Part shown: piece by piece, positions 39,001 through 54,800 of the stretch
Numbering within the stretch: position 1 is the first letter of the stretch
Layout of the letters: each line of letters begins with the position of its first letter
Origin: the human T2T-CHM13v2.0 reference genome, Homo sapiens
Assembly (NCBI RefSeq): GCF_009914755.1
Contig: NC_060937.1
Strand: one strand, 5' to 3'
DNA length: 64,000 bases
Notes under the pieces: generated by a model
What the model was told of the DNA's origin: nothing
Databases searched by the model: none
Seen by the model: only the letters and a program-made list of their open reading frames with translations
Made by a program: the position numbers and the translations under genes

Positions 39001-42000
39001 TGTTTCAAACCTGCTCTATGAAAGGCCATGTTCATCTCTATGAGTCGAATGGAAATATCCGAAAGAAATTTCTGGGAATGCTGCTGTCTAGTTTTTATAC
39101 GAATTCCCGCTTCCAACGAAATCCTCAAAGCAATCCAAATATCCACTTGCAGAATCCACAAAAAGAGTGTTTCAAAACTGCTCTATCAATAGAAAGGTTC
39201 AACTCTTTTAGTTGAGTACACACATCACAAACAAGTTTCTGAGAATGCTTCTGTCTGGCTTTTATTGGAAGACGTTTCCTTTTCACCAAAGGCATCAAAG
39301 CGCTCCAAATGTCCACTTCCAGATTCTTCCAAAAGAGTGTTTGAAACGTGCTCAAAGTAAGGGAATGTTCAACTCTGTGACTTGAATGCAGATATCACCA
39401 AGTAGTTTCTAATAGTGCTTCTGTCTAGATTTTAGATGATGATATTCCCGTTTCCAACGAAATCGTTAGAGCTATCCAAATATCCACTTACAGTTGCTAC
39501 AAAAACAGTGTTTCCAAACTGCTGCATCAAAAGAAAGGTTCAACTCTGTTAGTTGAGGACACACGTCACAAAGAAGTTTGTGAGAATGCTTCTGTCTAGA
39601 TTTTGTATGACGATATTCCCTTTTCCAACGATATCGTTAAAGCAATCTAAATATCCATTTGCAGAATCCACAAAAATAGAGTTTCAAAGCTGCTCTGTAA
39701 AAAGAAAGGTTCCACTCTGTTAGCTGAGTACACACATCACAAACTTGTTTCTCAGAATCCTTCTGTCTCGTTTTTCTGGGAAGATATTTACTTTTTCACC
39801 GTAGGCATCAAAGCGCTCCAAATGTCCACATCCAGATACTCCAGAAAGAGTGTTTCAAACCTGCTCTATGAAAGGGAATCTTCAACTCTATGAGTTGAAT
39901 GCAGACATCAGAAAGAAATTTCTGAGAATGCTGCTGTCTACCTTTTATTTGAATTCCCGCTTCCAACGAAATCCTCCAAGCTATCCAAATATCCACTTGC
40001 AGATTCCACAAAAAGAGTGTTTCAAAACTGCTCTCTATCAATGGCAAAGTTCAACTCTGTTAGTTGAGGACACATATCACCAACAAGTTTCTGAGAATGC
40101 TTCTGTCTATTTTTTATGGGAAGATATTTCCTTTTTCACCGTAGGCGTCAAGGCGATCGAAATGTCCACTTCCACAAACTACAAAAAGAGTGTTTCAAAC
40201 CTGCTCTATGAAAGGCCATGTTCATCTCTATGAGTCGAATGGAAATATCCGAAAGAAATTTCTGGGAATGCTGCTGTCTAGTTTTTATACGAATTCCCGC
40301 TTCCAACGAAATCCTCAAAGCAATCCAAATATCCACTTGCAGAATCCACAAAAAGAGTGTTTCAAAACTGCTCTATCAATAGAAAGGTTCAACTCTTTTA
40401 GTTGAGTACACACATCACAAACAAGTTTCTGAGAATGCTTCTGTCTGGCTTTTATTGGAAGACGTTTCCTTTTCACCAAAGGCATCAAAGCGCTCCAAAT
40501 GTCCACTTCCAGATTCTTCCAAAAGAGTGTTTGAAACGTGCTCAAAGTAAGGGAATGTTCAACTCTGTGACTTGAATGCAGATATCACCAAGTAGTTTCT
40601 AATAGTGCTTCTGTCTAGATTTTAGATGATGATATTCCCGTTTCCAACGAAATCGTTAGAGCTATCCAAATATCCACTTACAGTTTCTACAAAAAGAGTG
40701 TTTCCAAACTGCTGCATCAAAAGAAAGGTTCAACTCTGTTAGTTGAGGACACACATCACAAAGAAGTTTGTGAGAATGCTTCTGTCTAGATTTTGTATGA
40801 CCATATTCCCTTTTCCAGCGATATCATTAAAGCAATCTAAATATCCATTTGCAGAATCCACAAAAATAGAGTTTCAAAGCTGCTCTGTAAAAAGAAAGGT
40901 TCCACTCTGTTAGCTGAGTACACACATCACAAACTTGTTTCTCAGAATCCTTCTGTCTCGTTTTTATGGGAAGATATTTACTTTTTCACCGTAGGCATCA
41001 AAGCGCTCCAAATGTCCACATCCAGATACTCCAGAAAGAGTGTTTCAAACCTGCTCTATGAAAGGGAATCTTCAACTCTATGAGTTGAATGCAGACATCA
41101 GAAAGAAATTTCTGAGAATGCTGCTGTCTACCTTTTATTTGAACTCCCGCTTCCAACGAAATCCTCCAAGCTATCCAAATATCCACTTGCATTTTCCACA
41201 AAAAAAGTGCTTCAAAACTGCTCTATCAATAAATGTTCAACTCCTTTAGCTGGGTGCACACATCACAAACAAGTTTCTGAGAATGCTTCTGTCTAGTTTT
41301 TATGGGAAGACATTCCCTTTTTCACCAAAGGCATCAAAGCGCTCCAAATGTCCACTTCCAGACACTACAAAAAGAGTGTTTCCAACGTGCTCTAAGAAAG
41401 CGAATGTTCAACTCTGTGACTTGAATGCAGATATCACAAAGTAGTTTCTGAGAGGGCTTCTGTCTAGATTTTAGATGATGATATTCCCGTTTCCAACGAA
41501 ATCATTAGAGCTATCCAAATATCCACTTACAGTTTCTACAAAAAGAGTGTTTCCAAACTGCTGCATCAAAAGAGAGGTTCCACTCTGTTAGCTGAGTACA
41601 CACATCACAAACTTGTTTCTGAGAATCCTTCTGTGTCGTTTTTATGGGAAGATATTTACTTTTTCACCGTAGGCATCAAAGCGCTCCAAATGTCCACATC
41701 CAGATACTCCAGAAAGAGTGTTTCAAACCTGCTCTATGAAAGGGAATCTTCAACTCTATGAGTTGAATGCAGACATCAGAAAGAAATTTCTGAGAATGCT
41801 GCTGTCTACCTTTTATTTGAATTCCCGCTTCCAACGAAATCCTCCAAGCTATCCAAATATCCACTTGCAGATTCCACAAAAAGAGTGTTTCAAAACTGCT
41901 CTCTATCAATGGCAAAGTTCAACTCTGTTAGTTGAGGACACATATCACCAACAAGTTTCTGAGAATGCTTCTGTCTATTTTTTATGGGAAGATATTTCCT

Positions 42001-45000
42001 TTTTCACCGTAGGCGTCAAGGCGATCGAAATGTCCACTTCCACAAACTACAAAAAGAGTGTTTCAAACCTGCTCTATGAAAGGCCATGTTCATCTCTATG
42101 AGTCGAATGGAAATATCCGAAAGAAATTTCTGGGAATGCTGCTGTCTAGTTTTTATACGAATTCCCGCTTCCAACGAAATCCTCAAAGCAATCCAAATAT
42201 CCACTTGCAGAATCCACAAAAAGAGTGTTTCAAAACTGCTCTATCAATAGAAAGGTTCAACTCTTTTAGTTGAGTACACACATCACAAACAAGTTTCTGA
42301 GAATGCTTCTGTCTGGCTTTTATTGGAAGACGTTTCCTTTTCACCAAAGGCATCAAAGCGCTCCAAATGTCCACTTCCAGATTCTTCCAAAAGAGTGTTT
42401 GAAACGTGCTCAAAGTAAGGGAATGTTCAACTCTGTGACTTGAATGCAGATATCACCAAGTAGTTTCTAATAGTGCTTCTGTCTAGATTTTAGATGATGA
42501 TATTCCCGTTTCCAACGAAATCGTTAGAGCTATCCAAATATCCACTTACAGTTTCTACAAAAAGAGTGTTTCCAAACTGCTGCATCAAAAGAAAGGTTCA
42601 ACTCTGTTAGTTGAGGACACACATCACAAAGAAGTTTGTGAGAATGCTTCTGTCTAGATTTTGTATGACCATATTCCCTTTTCCAGCGATATCATTAAAG
42701 CAATCTAAATATCCATTTGCAGAATCCACAAAAATAGAGTTTCAAAGCTGCTCTGTAAAAAGAAAGGTTCCACTCTGTTAGCTGAGTACACACATCACAA
42801 ACTTGTTTCTGAGAATCCTTCTGTCTCGTTTTTATGGGAAGATATTTACTTTTTCACCGTAGGCATCAAAGCGCTCCAAATGTCCACATCCAGATACTCC
42901 AGAAAGAGTGTTTCAAACCTGCTCTATGAAAGGGAATCTTCAACTCTATGAGTTGAATGCAGACATCAGAAAGAAATTTCTGAGAATGCTGCTGTCTACC
43001 TTTTATTTGAATTCCCGCTTCCAACGAAATCCTCCAAGCTATCCAAATATCCACCTGCATTTTCCACAAAAAGAGCGTTTCAAAACTGCTCTATCAATAG
43101 AAATGTTCAACTCCTTTGGCTGGGTACACACATCACAAACAAGTTTCTGAGAATGCTTCTGTCTAGTTTTTATGGGAAGACATTCCCTTTTTCACCAAAG
43201 GCATCAAAGCGCTCCAAATGTCCACTTCCAGACACTACAAAAAGAGTGTTTCCAACGTGCTCTAAGAAAGCGAATGTTCAACTCTGTGACTTGAATGCAG
43301 ATATCACAAAGTAGTTTCTGAGAGGGCTTCTGTCTAGATTTTAGATGATGATATTCCCGTTTCCAACGAAATCATTAGAGCTATCCAAATATCCACTTAC
43401 AGTTTCTACAAAAAGAGTGTTTCCAAACTGCTGCATCAAAAGAGAGGTTCCACTCTGTTAGCTGAGTACACACATCACAAACTTGTTTCTCAGAATCCTT
43501 CTGTCTCGTTTTTCTGGGAAGATATTTACTTTTTCACCGTAGGCATCAAAGCGCTCCAAATGTCCACATCCAGATACTCCAGAAAGAGTGTTTCAAACCT
43601 GCTCTATGAAAGGGAATCTTCAACTCTATGAGTTGAATGCAGACATCAGAAAGAAATTTCTGAGAATGCTGCTGTCTACCTTTTATTTGAATTCCCGCTT
43701 CCAACGAAATCCTCCAAGCTATCCAAATATCCACTTGCAGATTCCACAAAAAGAGTGTTTCAAAACTGCTCTCTATCAATGGCAAAGTTCAACTCTGTTA
43801 GTTGAGGACACATATCACCAACAAGTTTCTGAGAATGCTTCTGTCTATTTTTTATGGGAAGATATTTCCTTTTTCACCGTAGGCGTCAAGGCGATCGAAA
43901 TGTCCACTTCCACAAACTACAAAAAGAGTGTTTCAAACCTGCTCTATGAAAGGCCATGTTCATCTCTATGAGTCGAATGGAAATATCCGAAAGAAATTTC
44001 TGGGAATGCTGCTGTCTAGTTTTTATACGAATTCCCGCTTCCAACGAAATCCTCAAAGCAATCCAAATATCCACTTGCAGAATCCACAAAAAGAGTGTTT
44101 CAAAACTGCTCTATCAATAGAAAGGTTCAACTCTTTTAGTTGAGTACACACATCACAAACAAGTTTCTGAGAATGCTTCTGTCTGGCTTTTATTGGAAGA
44201 CGTTTCCTTTTCACCAAAGGCATCAAAGCGCTCCAAATGTCCACTTCCAGATTCTTCCAAAAGAGTGTTTGAAACGTGCTCAAAGTAAGAGAATGTTCAA
44301 CTCTGTGACTTGAATGCAGATATCACCAAGTAGTTTCTAATAGTGCTTCTGTCTAGATTTTAGATGATGATATTCCCGTTTCCAACGAAATCGTTAGAGC
44401 TATCCAAATATCCACTTACAGTTGCTACAAAAACAGTGTTTCCAAACTGCTGCATCAAAAGAAAGGTTCAACTCTGTTAGTTGAGGACACACGTCACAAA
44501 GAAGTTTGTGAGAATGCTTCTGTCTAGATTTTGTATGACGATATTCCCTTTTCCAACGATATCGTTAAAGCAATCTAAATATCCATTTGCAGAATCCACA
44601 AAAATAGAGTTTCAAAGCTGCTCTGTAAAAAGAAAGGTTCCACTCTGTTAGCTGAGTACACACATCACAAACTTGTTTCTCAGAATCCTTCTGTCTCGTT
44701 TTTATGGGAAGATATTTACTTTTTCACCGTAGGCATCAAAGCGCTCCAAATGTCCACATCCAGATACTCCAGAAAGAGTGTTTCAAACCTGCTCTATGAA
44801 AGGGAATCTTCAACTCTATGAGTTGAATGCAGACATCAGAAAGAAATTTCTGAGAATGCTGCTGTCTACCTTTTATTTGAATTCCCGCTTCCAACGAAAT
44901 CCTCCAAGCTATCCAAATATCCACTTGCAGATTCCACAAAAAGAGTGTTTCAAAACTGCTCTCTATCAATGGCAAAGTTCAACTCTGTTAGTTGAGGACA

Positions 45001-45824
45001 CATATCACCAACAAGTTTCTGAGAATGCTTCTGTCTATTTTTTATGGGAAGATATTTCCTTTTTCACCGTAGGCGTCAAGGCGATCGAAATGTCCACTTC
45101 CACAAACTACAAAAAGAGTGTTTCAAACCTGCTCTATGAAAGGCCATGTTCATCTCTATGAGTCGAATGGAAATATCCGAAAGAAATTTCTGGGAATGCT
45201 GCTGTCTAGTTTTTATACGAATTCCCGCTTCCAACGAAATCCTCAAAGCAATCCAAATATCCACTTGCAGAATCCACAAAAAGAGTGTTTCAAAACTGCT
45301 CTATCAATAGAAAGGTTCAACTCTTTTAGTTGAGTACACACATCACAAACAAGTTTCTGAGAATGCTTCTGTCTGGCTTTTATTGGAAGACGTTTCCTTT
45401 TCACCAAAGGCATCAAAGCGCTCCAAATGTCCACTTCCAGATTCTTCCAAAAGAGTGTTTGAAACGTGCTCAAAGTAAGGGAATGTTCAACTCTGTGACT
45501 TGAATGCAGATATCACCAAGTAGTTTCTAATAGTGCTTCTGTCTAGATTTTAGATGATGATATTCCCGTTTCCAACGAAATCGTTAGAGCTATCCAAATA
45601 TCCACTTACAGTTGCTACAAAAACAGTGTTTCCAAACTGCTGCATCAAAAGAAAGGTTCAACTCTGTTAGTTGAGGACACACGTCACAAAGAAGTTTGTG
45701 AGAATGCTTCTGTCTAGATTTTGTATGACGATATTCCCTTTTCCAACGATATCGTTAAAGCAATCTAAATATCCATTTGCAGAATCCACAAAAATAGAGT
45801 TTCAAAGCTGCTCTGTAAAAAGAA

Positions 45825-48800
45825 AGGTTCCACTCTGTTAGCTGAGTACACACATCACAAACTTGTTTCTCAGAATCCTTCTGTCTCGTTTTTATGGGAA
45901 GATATTTACTTTTTCACCGTAGGCATCAAAGCGCTCCAAATGTCCACATCCAGATACTCCAGAAAGAGTGTTTCAAACCTGCTCTATGAAAGGGAATCTT
46001 CAACTCTATGAGTTGAATGCAGACATCAGAAAGAAATTTCTGAGAATGCTGCTGTCTACCTTTTATTTGAATTCCCGCTTCCAACGAAATCCTCCAAGCT
46101 ATCCAAATATCCACTTGCAGATTCCACAAAAAGAGTGTTTCAAAACTGCTCTCTATCAATGGCAAAGTTCAACTCTGTTAGTTGAGGACACATATCACCA
46201 ACAAGTTTCTGAGAATGCTTCTGTCTATTTTTTATGGGAAGATATTTCCTTTTTCACCGTAGGCGTCAAGGCGATCGAAATGTCCACTTCCACAAACTAC
46301 AAAAAGAGTGTTTCAAACCTGCTCTATGAAAGGCCATGTTCATCTCTATGAGTCGAATGGAAATATCCGAAAGAAATTTCTGGGAATGCTGCTGTCTAGT
46401 TTTTATACGAATTCCCGCTTCCAACGAAATCCTCAAAGCAATCCAAATATCCACTTGCAGAATCCACAAAAAGAGTGTTTCAAAACTGCTCTATCAATAG
46501 AAAGGTTCAACTCTTTTAGTTGAGTACACACATCACAAACAAGTTTCTGAGAATGCTTCTGTCTGGCTTTTATTGGAAGACGTTTCCTTTTCACCAAAGG
46601 CATCAAAGCGCTCCAAATGTCCACTTCCAGATTCTTCCAAAAGAGTGTTTGAAACGTGCTCAAAGTAAGGGAATGTTCAACTCTGTGACTTGAATGCAGA
46701 TATCACCAAGTAGTTTCTAATAGTGCTTCTGTCTAGATTTTAGATGATGATATTCCCGTTTCCAACGAAATCGTTAGAGCTATCCAAATATCCACTTACA
46801 GTTTCTACAAAAAGAGTGTTTCCAAACTGCTGCATCAAAAGAAAGGTTCAACTCTGTTAGTTGAGGACACACATCACAAAGAAGTTTGTGAGAATGCTTC
46901 TGTCTAGATTTTGTATGACCATATTCCCTTTTCCAGCGATATCATTAAAGCAATCTAAATATCCATTTGCAGAATCCACAAAAATAGAGTTTCAAAGCTG
47001 CTCTGTAAAAAGAAAGGTTCCACTCTGTTAGCTGAGTACACACATCACAAACTTGTTTCTCAGAATCCTTCTGTCTCGTTTTTATGGGAAGATATTTACT
47101 TTTTCACCATAGGCATCAAAGCGCTCCAAATGTCCACATCCAGATACTCCAGAAAGAGTGTTTCAAACCTGCTCTATGAAAGGGAATCTTCAACTCTATG
47201 AGTTGAATGCAGACATCAGAAAGAAATTTCTGAGAATGCTGCTGTCTACCTTTTATTTGAATTCCCGCTTCCAACGAAATCCTCCAAGCTATCCAAATAT
47301 CCACCTGCATTTTCCACAAAAAGAGCGTTTCAAAACTGCTCTATCAATAGAAATGTTCAACTCCTTTGGCTGGGTACACACATCACAAACAAGTTTCTGA
47401 GAATGCTTCTGTCTAGTTTTTATGGGAAGACATTCCCTTTTTCACCAAAGGCATCAAAGCGCTCCAAATGTCCACTTCCAGACACTACAAAAAGAGTGTT
47501 TCCAACGTGCTCTAAGAAAGCGAATGTTCAACTCTGTGACTTGAATGCAGATATCACAAAGTAGTTTCTGAGAGGGCTTCTGTCTAGATTTTAGATGATG
47601 ATATTCCCGTTTCCAACGAAATCATTAGAGCTATCCAAATATCCACTTACAGTTTCTACAAAAAGAGTGTTTCCAAACTGCTGCATCAAAAGAGAGGTTC
47701 CACTCTGTTAGCTGAGTACACACATCACAAACTTGTTTCTCAGAATCCTTCTGTCTCGTTTTTCTGGGAAGATATTTACTTTTTCACCGTAGGCATCAAA
47801 GCGCTCCAAATGTCCACATCCAGATACTCCAGAAAGAGTGTTTCAAACCTGCTCTATGAAAGGGAATCTTCAACTCTATGAGTTGAATGCAGACATCAGA
47901 AAGAAATTTCTGAGAATGCTGCTGTCTACCTTTTATTTGAATTCCCGCTTCCAACGAAATCCTCCAAGCTATCCAAATATCCACTTGCAGATTCCACAAA
48001 AAGAGTGTTTCAAAACTGCTCTCTATCAATGGCAAAGTTCAACTCTGTTAGTTGAGGACACATATCACCAACAAGTTTCTGAGAATGCTTCTGTCTATTT
48101 TTTATGGGAAGATATTTCCTTTTTCACCGTAGGCGTCAAGGCGATCGAAATGTCCACTTCCACAAACTACAAAAAGAGTGTTTCAAACCTGCTCTATGAA
48201 AGGCCATGTTCATCTCTATGAGTCGAATGGAAATATCCGAAAGAAATTTCTGGGAATGCTGCTGTCTAGTTTTTATACGAATTCCCGCTTCCAACGAAAT
48301 CCTCAAAGCAATCCAAATATCCACTTGCAGAATCCACAAAAAGAGTGTTTCAAAACTGCTCTATCAATAGAAAGGTTCAACTCTTTTAGTTGAGTACACA
48401 CATCACAAACAAGTTTCTGAGAATGCTTCTGTCTGGCTTTTATTGGAAGACGTTTCCTTTTCACCAAAGGCATCAAAGCGCTCCAAATGTCCACTTCCAG
48501 ATTCTTCCAAAAGAGTGTTTGAAACGTGCTCAAAGTAAGGGAATGTTCAACTCTGTGACTTGAATGCAGATATCACCAAGTAGTTTCTAATAGTGCTTCT
48601 GTCTAGATTTTAGATGATGATATTCCCGTTTCCAACGAAATCGTTAGAGCTATCCAAATATCCACTTACAGTTTCTACAAAAAGAGTGTTTCCAAACTGC
48701 TGCATCAAAAGAAAGGTTCAACTCTGTTAGTTGAGGACACACATCACAAAGAAGTTTGTGAGAATGCTTCTGTCTAGATTTTGTATGACCATATTCCCTT

Positions 48801-51800
48801 TTCCAGCGATATCATTAAAGCAATCTAAATATCCATTTGCAGAATCCACAAAAATAGAGTTTCAAAGCTGCTCTGTAAAAAGAAAGGTTCCACTCTGTTA
48901 GCTGAGTACACACATCACAAACTTGTTTCTCAGAATCCTTCTGTCTCGTTTTTATGGGAAGATATTTACTTTTTCACCGTAGGCATCAAAGCGCTCCAAA
49001 TGTCCACATCCAGATACTCCAGAAAGAGTGTTTCAAACCTGCTCTATGAAAGGGAATCTTCAACTCTATGAGTTGAATGCAGACATCAGAAAGAAATTTC
49101 TGAGAATGCTGCTGTCTACCTTTTATTTGAATTCCCGCTTCCAACGAAATCCTCCAAGCTATCCAAATATCCACCTGCATTTTCCACAAAAAGAGCGTTT
49201 CAAAACTGCTCTATCAATAGAAATGTTCAACTCCTTTGGCTGGGTACACACATCACAAACAAGTTTCTGAGAATGCTTCTGTCTAGTTTTTATGGGAAGA
49301 CATTCCCTTTTTCACCAAAGGCATCAAAGCGCTCCAAATGTCCACTTCCAGACACTACAAAAAGAGTGTTTCCAACGTGCTCTAAGAAAGCGAATGTTCA
49401 ACTCTGTGACTTGAATGCAGATATCACAAAGTAGTTTCTGAGAGGGCTTCTGTCTAGATTTTAGATGATGATATTCCCGTTTCCAACGAAATCATTAGAG
49501 CTATCCAAATATCCACTTACAGTTTCTACAAAAAGAGTGTTTCCAAACTGCTGCATCAAAAGAGAGGTTCCACTCTGTTAGCTGAGTACACACATCACAA
49601 ACTTGTTTCTCAGAATCCTTCTGTCTCGTTTTTCTGGGAAGATATTTACTTTTTCACCGTAGGCATCAAAGCGCTCCAAATGTCCACATCCAGATACTCC
49701 AGAAAGAGTGTTTCAAACCTGCTCTATGAAAGGGAATCTTCAACTCTATGAGTTGAATGCAGACATCAGAAAGAAATTTCTGAGAATGCTGCTGTCTACC
49801 TTTTATTTGAATTCCCGCTTCCAACGAAATCCTCCAAGCTATCCAAATATCCACTTGCAGATTCCACAAAAAGAGTGTTTCAAAACTGCTCTCTATCAAT
49901 GGCAAAGTTCAACTCTGTTAGTTGAGGACACATATCACCAACAAGTTTCTGAGAATGCTTCTGTCTATTTTTTATGGGAAGATATTTCCTTTTTCACCGT
50001 AGGCGTCAAGGCGATCGAAATGTCCACTTCCACAAACTACAAAAAGAGTGTTTCAAACCTGCTCTATGAAAGGCCATGTTCATCTCTATGAGTCGAATGG
50101 AAATATCCGAAAGAAATTTCTGGGAATGCTGCTGTCTAGTTTTTATACGAATTCCCGCTTCCAACGAAATCCTCAAAGCAATCCAAATATCCACTTGCAG
50201 AATCCACAAAAAGAGTGTTTCAAAACTGCTCTATCAATAGAAAGGTTCAACTCTTTTAGTTGAGTACACACATCACAAACAAGTTTCTGAGAATGCTTCT
50301 GTCTGGCTTTTATTGGAAGACGTTTCCTTTTCACCAAAGGCATCAAAGCGCTCCAAATGTCCACTTCCAGATTCTTCCAAAAGAGTGTTTGAAACGTGCT
50401 CAAAGTAAGGGAATGTTCAACTCTGTGACTTGAATGCAGATATCACCAAGTAGTTTCTAATAGTGCTTCTGTCTAGATTTTAGATGATGATATTCCCGTT
50501 TCCAACGAAATCGTTAGAGCTATCCAAATATCCACTTACAGTTTCTACAAAAAGAGTGTTTCCAAACTGCTGCATCAAAAGAAAGGTTCAACTCTGTTAG
50601 TTGAGGACACACATCACAAAGAAGTTTGTGAGAATGCTTCTGTCTAGATTTTGTATGACCATATTCCCTTTTCCAGCGATATCATTAAAGCAATCTAAAT
50701 ATCCATTTGCAGAATCCACAAAAATAGAGTTTCAAAGCTGCTCTGTAAAAAGAAAGGTTCCACTCTGTTAGCTGAGTACACACATCACAAACTTGTTTCT
50801 CAGAATCCTTCTGTCTCGTTTTTATGGGAAGATATTTACTTTTTCACCGTAGGCATCAAAGCGCTCCAAATGTCCACATCCAGATACTCCAGAAAGAGTG
50901 TTTCAAACCTGCTCTATGAAAGGGAATCTTCAACTCTATGAGTTGAATGCAGACATCAGAAAGAAATTTCTGAGAATGCTGCTGTCTACCTTTTATTTGA
51001 ATTCCCGCTTCCAACGAAATCCTCCAAGCTATCCAAATATCCACCTGCATTTTCCACAAAAAGAGCGTTTCAAAACTGCTCTATCAATAGAAATGTTCAA
51101 CTCCTTTGGCTGGGTACACACATCACAAACAAGTTTCTGAGAATGCTTCTGTCTAGTTTTTATGGGAAGACATTCCCTTTTTCACCAAAGGCATCAAAGC
51201 GCTCCAAATGTCCACTTCCAGACACTACAAAAAGAGTGTTTCCAACGTGCTCTAAGAAAGCGAATGTTCAACTCTGTGACTTGAATGCAGATATCACAAA
51301 GTAGTTTCTGAGAGGGCTTCTGTCTAGATTTTAGATGATGATATTCCCGTTTCCAACGAAATCATTAGAGCTATCCAAATATCCACTTACAGTTTCTACA
51401 AAAAGAGTGTTTCCAAACTGCTGCATCAAAAGAGAGGTTCCACTCTGTTAGCTGAGTACACACATCACAAACTTGTTTCTCAGAATCCTTCTGTCTCGTT
51501 TTTCTGGGAAGATATTTACTTTTTCACCGTAGGCATCAAAGCGCTCCAAATGTCCACATCCAGATACTCCAGAAAGAGTGTTTCAAACCTGCTCTATGAA
51601 AGGGAATCTTCAACTCTATGAGTTGAATGCAGACATCAGAAAGAAATTTCTGAGAATGCTGCTGTCTACCTTTTATTTGAATTCCCGCTTCCAACGAAAT
51701 CCTCCAAGCTATCCAAATATCCACTTGCAGATTCCACAAAAAGAGTGTTTCAAAACTGCTCTCTATCAATGGCAAAGTTCAACTCTGTTAGTTGAGGACA

Positions 51801-54800
51801 CATATCACCAACAAGTTTCTGAGAATGCTTCTGTCTATTTTTTATGGGAAGATATTTCCTTTTTCACCGTAGGCGTCAAGGCGATCGAAATGTCCACTTC
51901 CACAAACTACAAAAAGAGTGTTTCAAACCTGCTCTATGAAAGGCCATGTTCATCTCTATGAGTCGAATGGAAATATCCGAAAGAAATTTCTGGGAATGCT
52001 GCTGTCTAGTTTTTATACGAATTCCCGCTTCCAACGAAATCCTCAAAGCAATCCAAATATCCACTTGCAGAATCCACAAAAAGAGTGTTTCAAAACTGCT
52101 CTATCAATAGAAAGGTTCAACTCTTTTAGTTGAGTACACACATCACAAACAAGTTTCTGAGAATGCTTCTGTCTGGCTTTTATTGGAAGACGTTTCCTTT
52201 TCACCAAAGGCATCAAAGCGCTCCAAATGTCCACTTCCAGATTCTTCCAAAAGAGTGTTTGAAACGTGCTCAAAGTAAGGGAATGTTCAACTCTGTGACT
52301 TGAATGCAGATATCACCAAGTAGTTTCTAATAGTGCTTCTGTCTAGATTTTAGATGATGATATTCCCGTTTCCAACGAAATCGTTAGAGCTATCCAAATA
52401 TCCACTTACAGTTTCTACAAAAAGAGTGTTTCCAAACTGCTGCATCAAAAGAAAGGTTCAACTCTGTTAGTTGAGGACACACATCACAAAGAAGTTTGTG
52501 AGAATGCTTCTGTCTAGATTTTGTATGACCATATTCCCTTTTCCAGCGATATCATTAAAGCAATCTAAATATCCATTTGCAGAATCCACAAAAATAGAGT
52601 TTCAAAGCTGCTCTGTAAAAAGAAAGGTTCCACTCTGTTAGCTGAGTACACACATCACAAACTTGTTTCTCAGAATCCTTCTGTCTCGTTTTTCTGGGAA
52701 GATATTTACTTTTTCACCGTAGGCATCAAAGCGCTCCAAATGTCCACATCCAGATACTCCAGAAAGAGTGTTTCAAACCTGCTCTATGAAAGGGAATCTT
52801 CAACTCTATGAGTTGAATGCAGACATCAGAAAGAAATTTCTGAGAATGCTGCTGTCTACCTTTTATTTGAATTCCCGCTTCCAACGAAATCCTCCAAGCT
52901 ATCCAAATATCCACCTGCATTTTCCACAAAAAGAGCGTTTCAAAACTGCTCTATCAATAGAAATGTTCAACTCCTTTGGCTGGGTACACACATCACAAAC
53001 AAGTTTCTGAGAGTGCTTCTGTCTAGTTTTTATGGGAAGACATTCCCTTTTTCACCAAAGGCATCAAAGCGCTCCAAATGTCCACTTCCAGACACTACAA
53101 AAAGAGTGTTTCCAACGTGCTCTAAGAAAGCGAATGTTCAACTCTGTGACTTGAATGCAGATATCACAAAGTAGTTTCTGAGAGGGCTTCTGTCTAGATT
53201 TTAGATGATGATATTCCCGTTTCCAACGAAATCATTAGAGCTATCCAAATATCCACTTACAGTTTCTACAAAAAGAGTGTTTCCAAACTGCTGCATCAAA
53301 AGAGAGGTTCCACTCTGTTAGCTGAGTACACACATCACAAACTTGTTTCTCAGAATCCTTCTGTCTCGTTTTTCTGGGAAGATATTTACTTTTTCACCGT
53401 AGGCATCAAAGCGCTCCAAATGTCCACATCCAGATACTCCAGAAAGAGTGTTTCAAACCTGCTCTATGAAAGGGAATCTTCAACTCTATGAGTTGAATGC
53501 AGACATCAGAAAGAAATTTCTGAGAATGCTGCTGTCTACCTTTTATTTGAATTCCCGCTTCCAACGAAATCCTCCAAGCTATCCAAATATCCACTTGCAG
53601 ATTCCACAAAAAGAGTGTTTCAAAACTGCTCTCTATCAATGGCAAAGTTCAACTCTGTTAGTTGAGGACACATATCACCAACAAGTTTCTGAGAATGCTT
53701 CTGTCTATTTTTTATGGGAAGATATTTCCTTTTTCACCGTAGGCGTCAAGGCGATCGAAATGTCCACTTCCACAAACTACAAAAAGAGTGTTTCAAACCT
53801 GCTCTATGAAAGGCCATGTTCATCTCTATGAGTCGAATGGAAATATCCGAAAGAAATTTCTGGGAATGCTGCTGTCTAGTTTTTATACGAATTCCCGCTT
53901 CCAACGAAATCCTCAAAGCAATCCAAATATCCACTTGCAGAATCCACAAAAAGAGTGTTTCAAAACTGCTCTATCAATAGAAAGGTTCAACTCTTTTAGT
54001 TGAGTACACACATCACAAACAAGTTTCTGAGAATGCTTCTGTCTGGCTTTTATTGGAAGACGTTTCCTTTTCACCAAAGGCATCAAAGCGCTCCAAATGT
54101 CCACTTCCAGATTCTTCCAAAAGAGTGTTTGAAACGTGCTCAAAGTAAGGGAATGTTCAACTCTGTGACTTGAATGCAGATATCACCAAGTAGTTTCTAA
54201 TAGTGCTTCTGTCTAGATTTTAGATGATGATATTCCCGTTTCCAACGAAATCGTTAGAGCTATCCAAATATCCACTTACAGTTTCTACAAAAAGAGTGTT
54301 TCCAAACTGCTGCATCAAAAGAAAGGTTCAACTCTGTTAGTTGAGGACACACATCACAAAGAAGTTTGTGAGAATGCTTCTGTCTAGATTTTGTATGACC
54401 ATATTCCCTTTTCCAGCGATATCATTAAAGCAATCTAAATATCCATTTGCAGAATCCACAAAAATAGAGTTTCAAAGCTGCTCTGTAAAAAGAAAGGTTC
54501 CACTCTGTTAGCTGAGTACACACATCACAAACTTGTTTCTCAGAATCCTTCTGTCTCGTTTTTATGGGAAGATATTTACTTTTTCACCATAGGCATCAAA
54601 GCGCTCCAAATGTCCACATCCAGATACTCCAGAAAGAGTGTTTCAAACCTGCTCTATGAAAGGGAATCTTCAACTCTATGAGTTGAATGCAGACATCAGA
54701 AAGAAATTTCTGAGAATGCTGCTGTCTACCTTTTATTTGAATTCCCGCTTCCAACGAAATCCTCCAAGCTATCCAAATATCCACCTGCATTTTCCACAAA

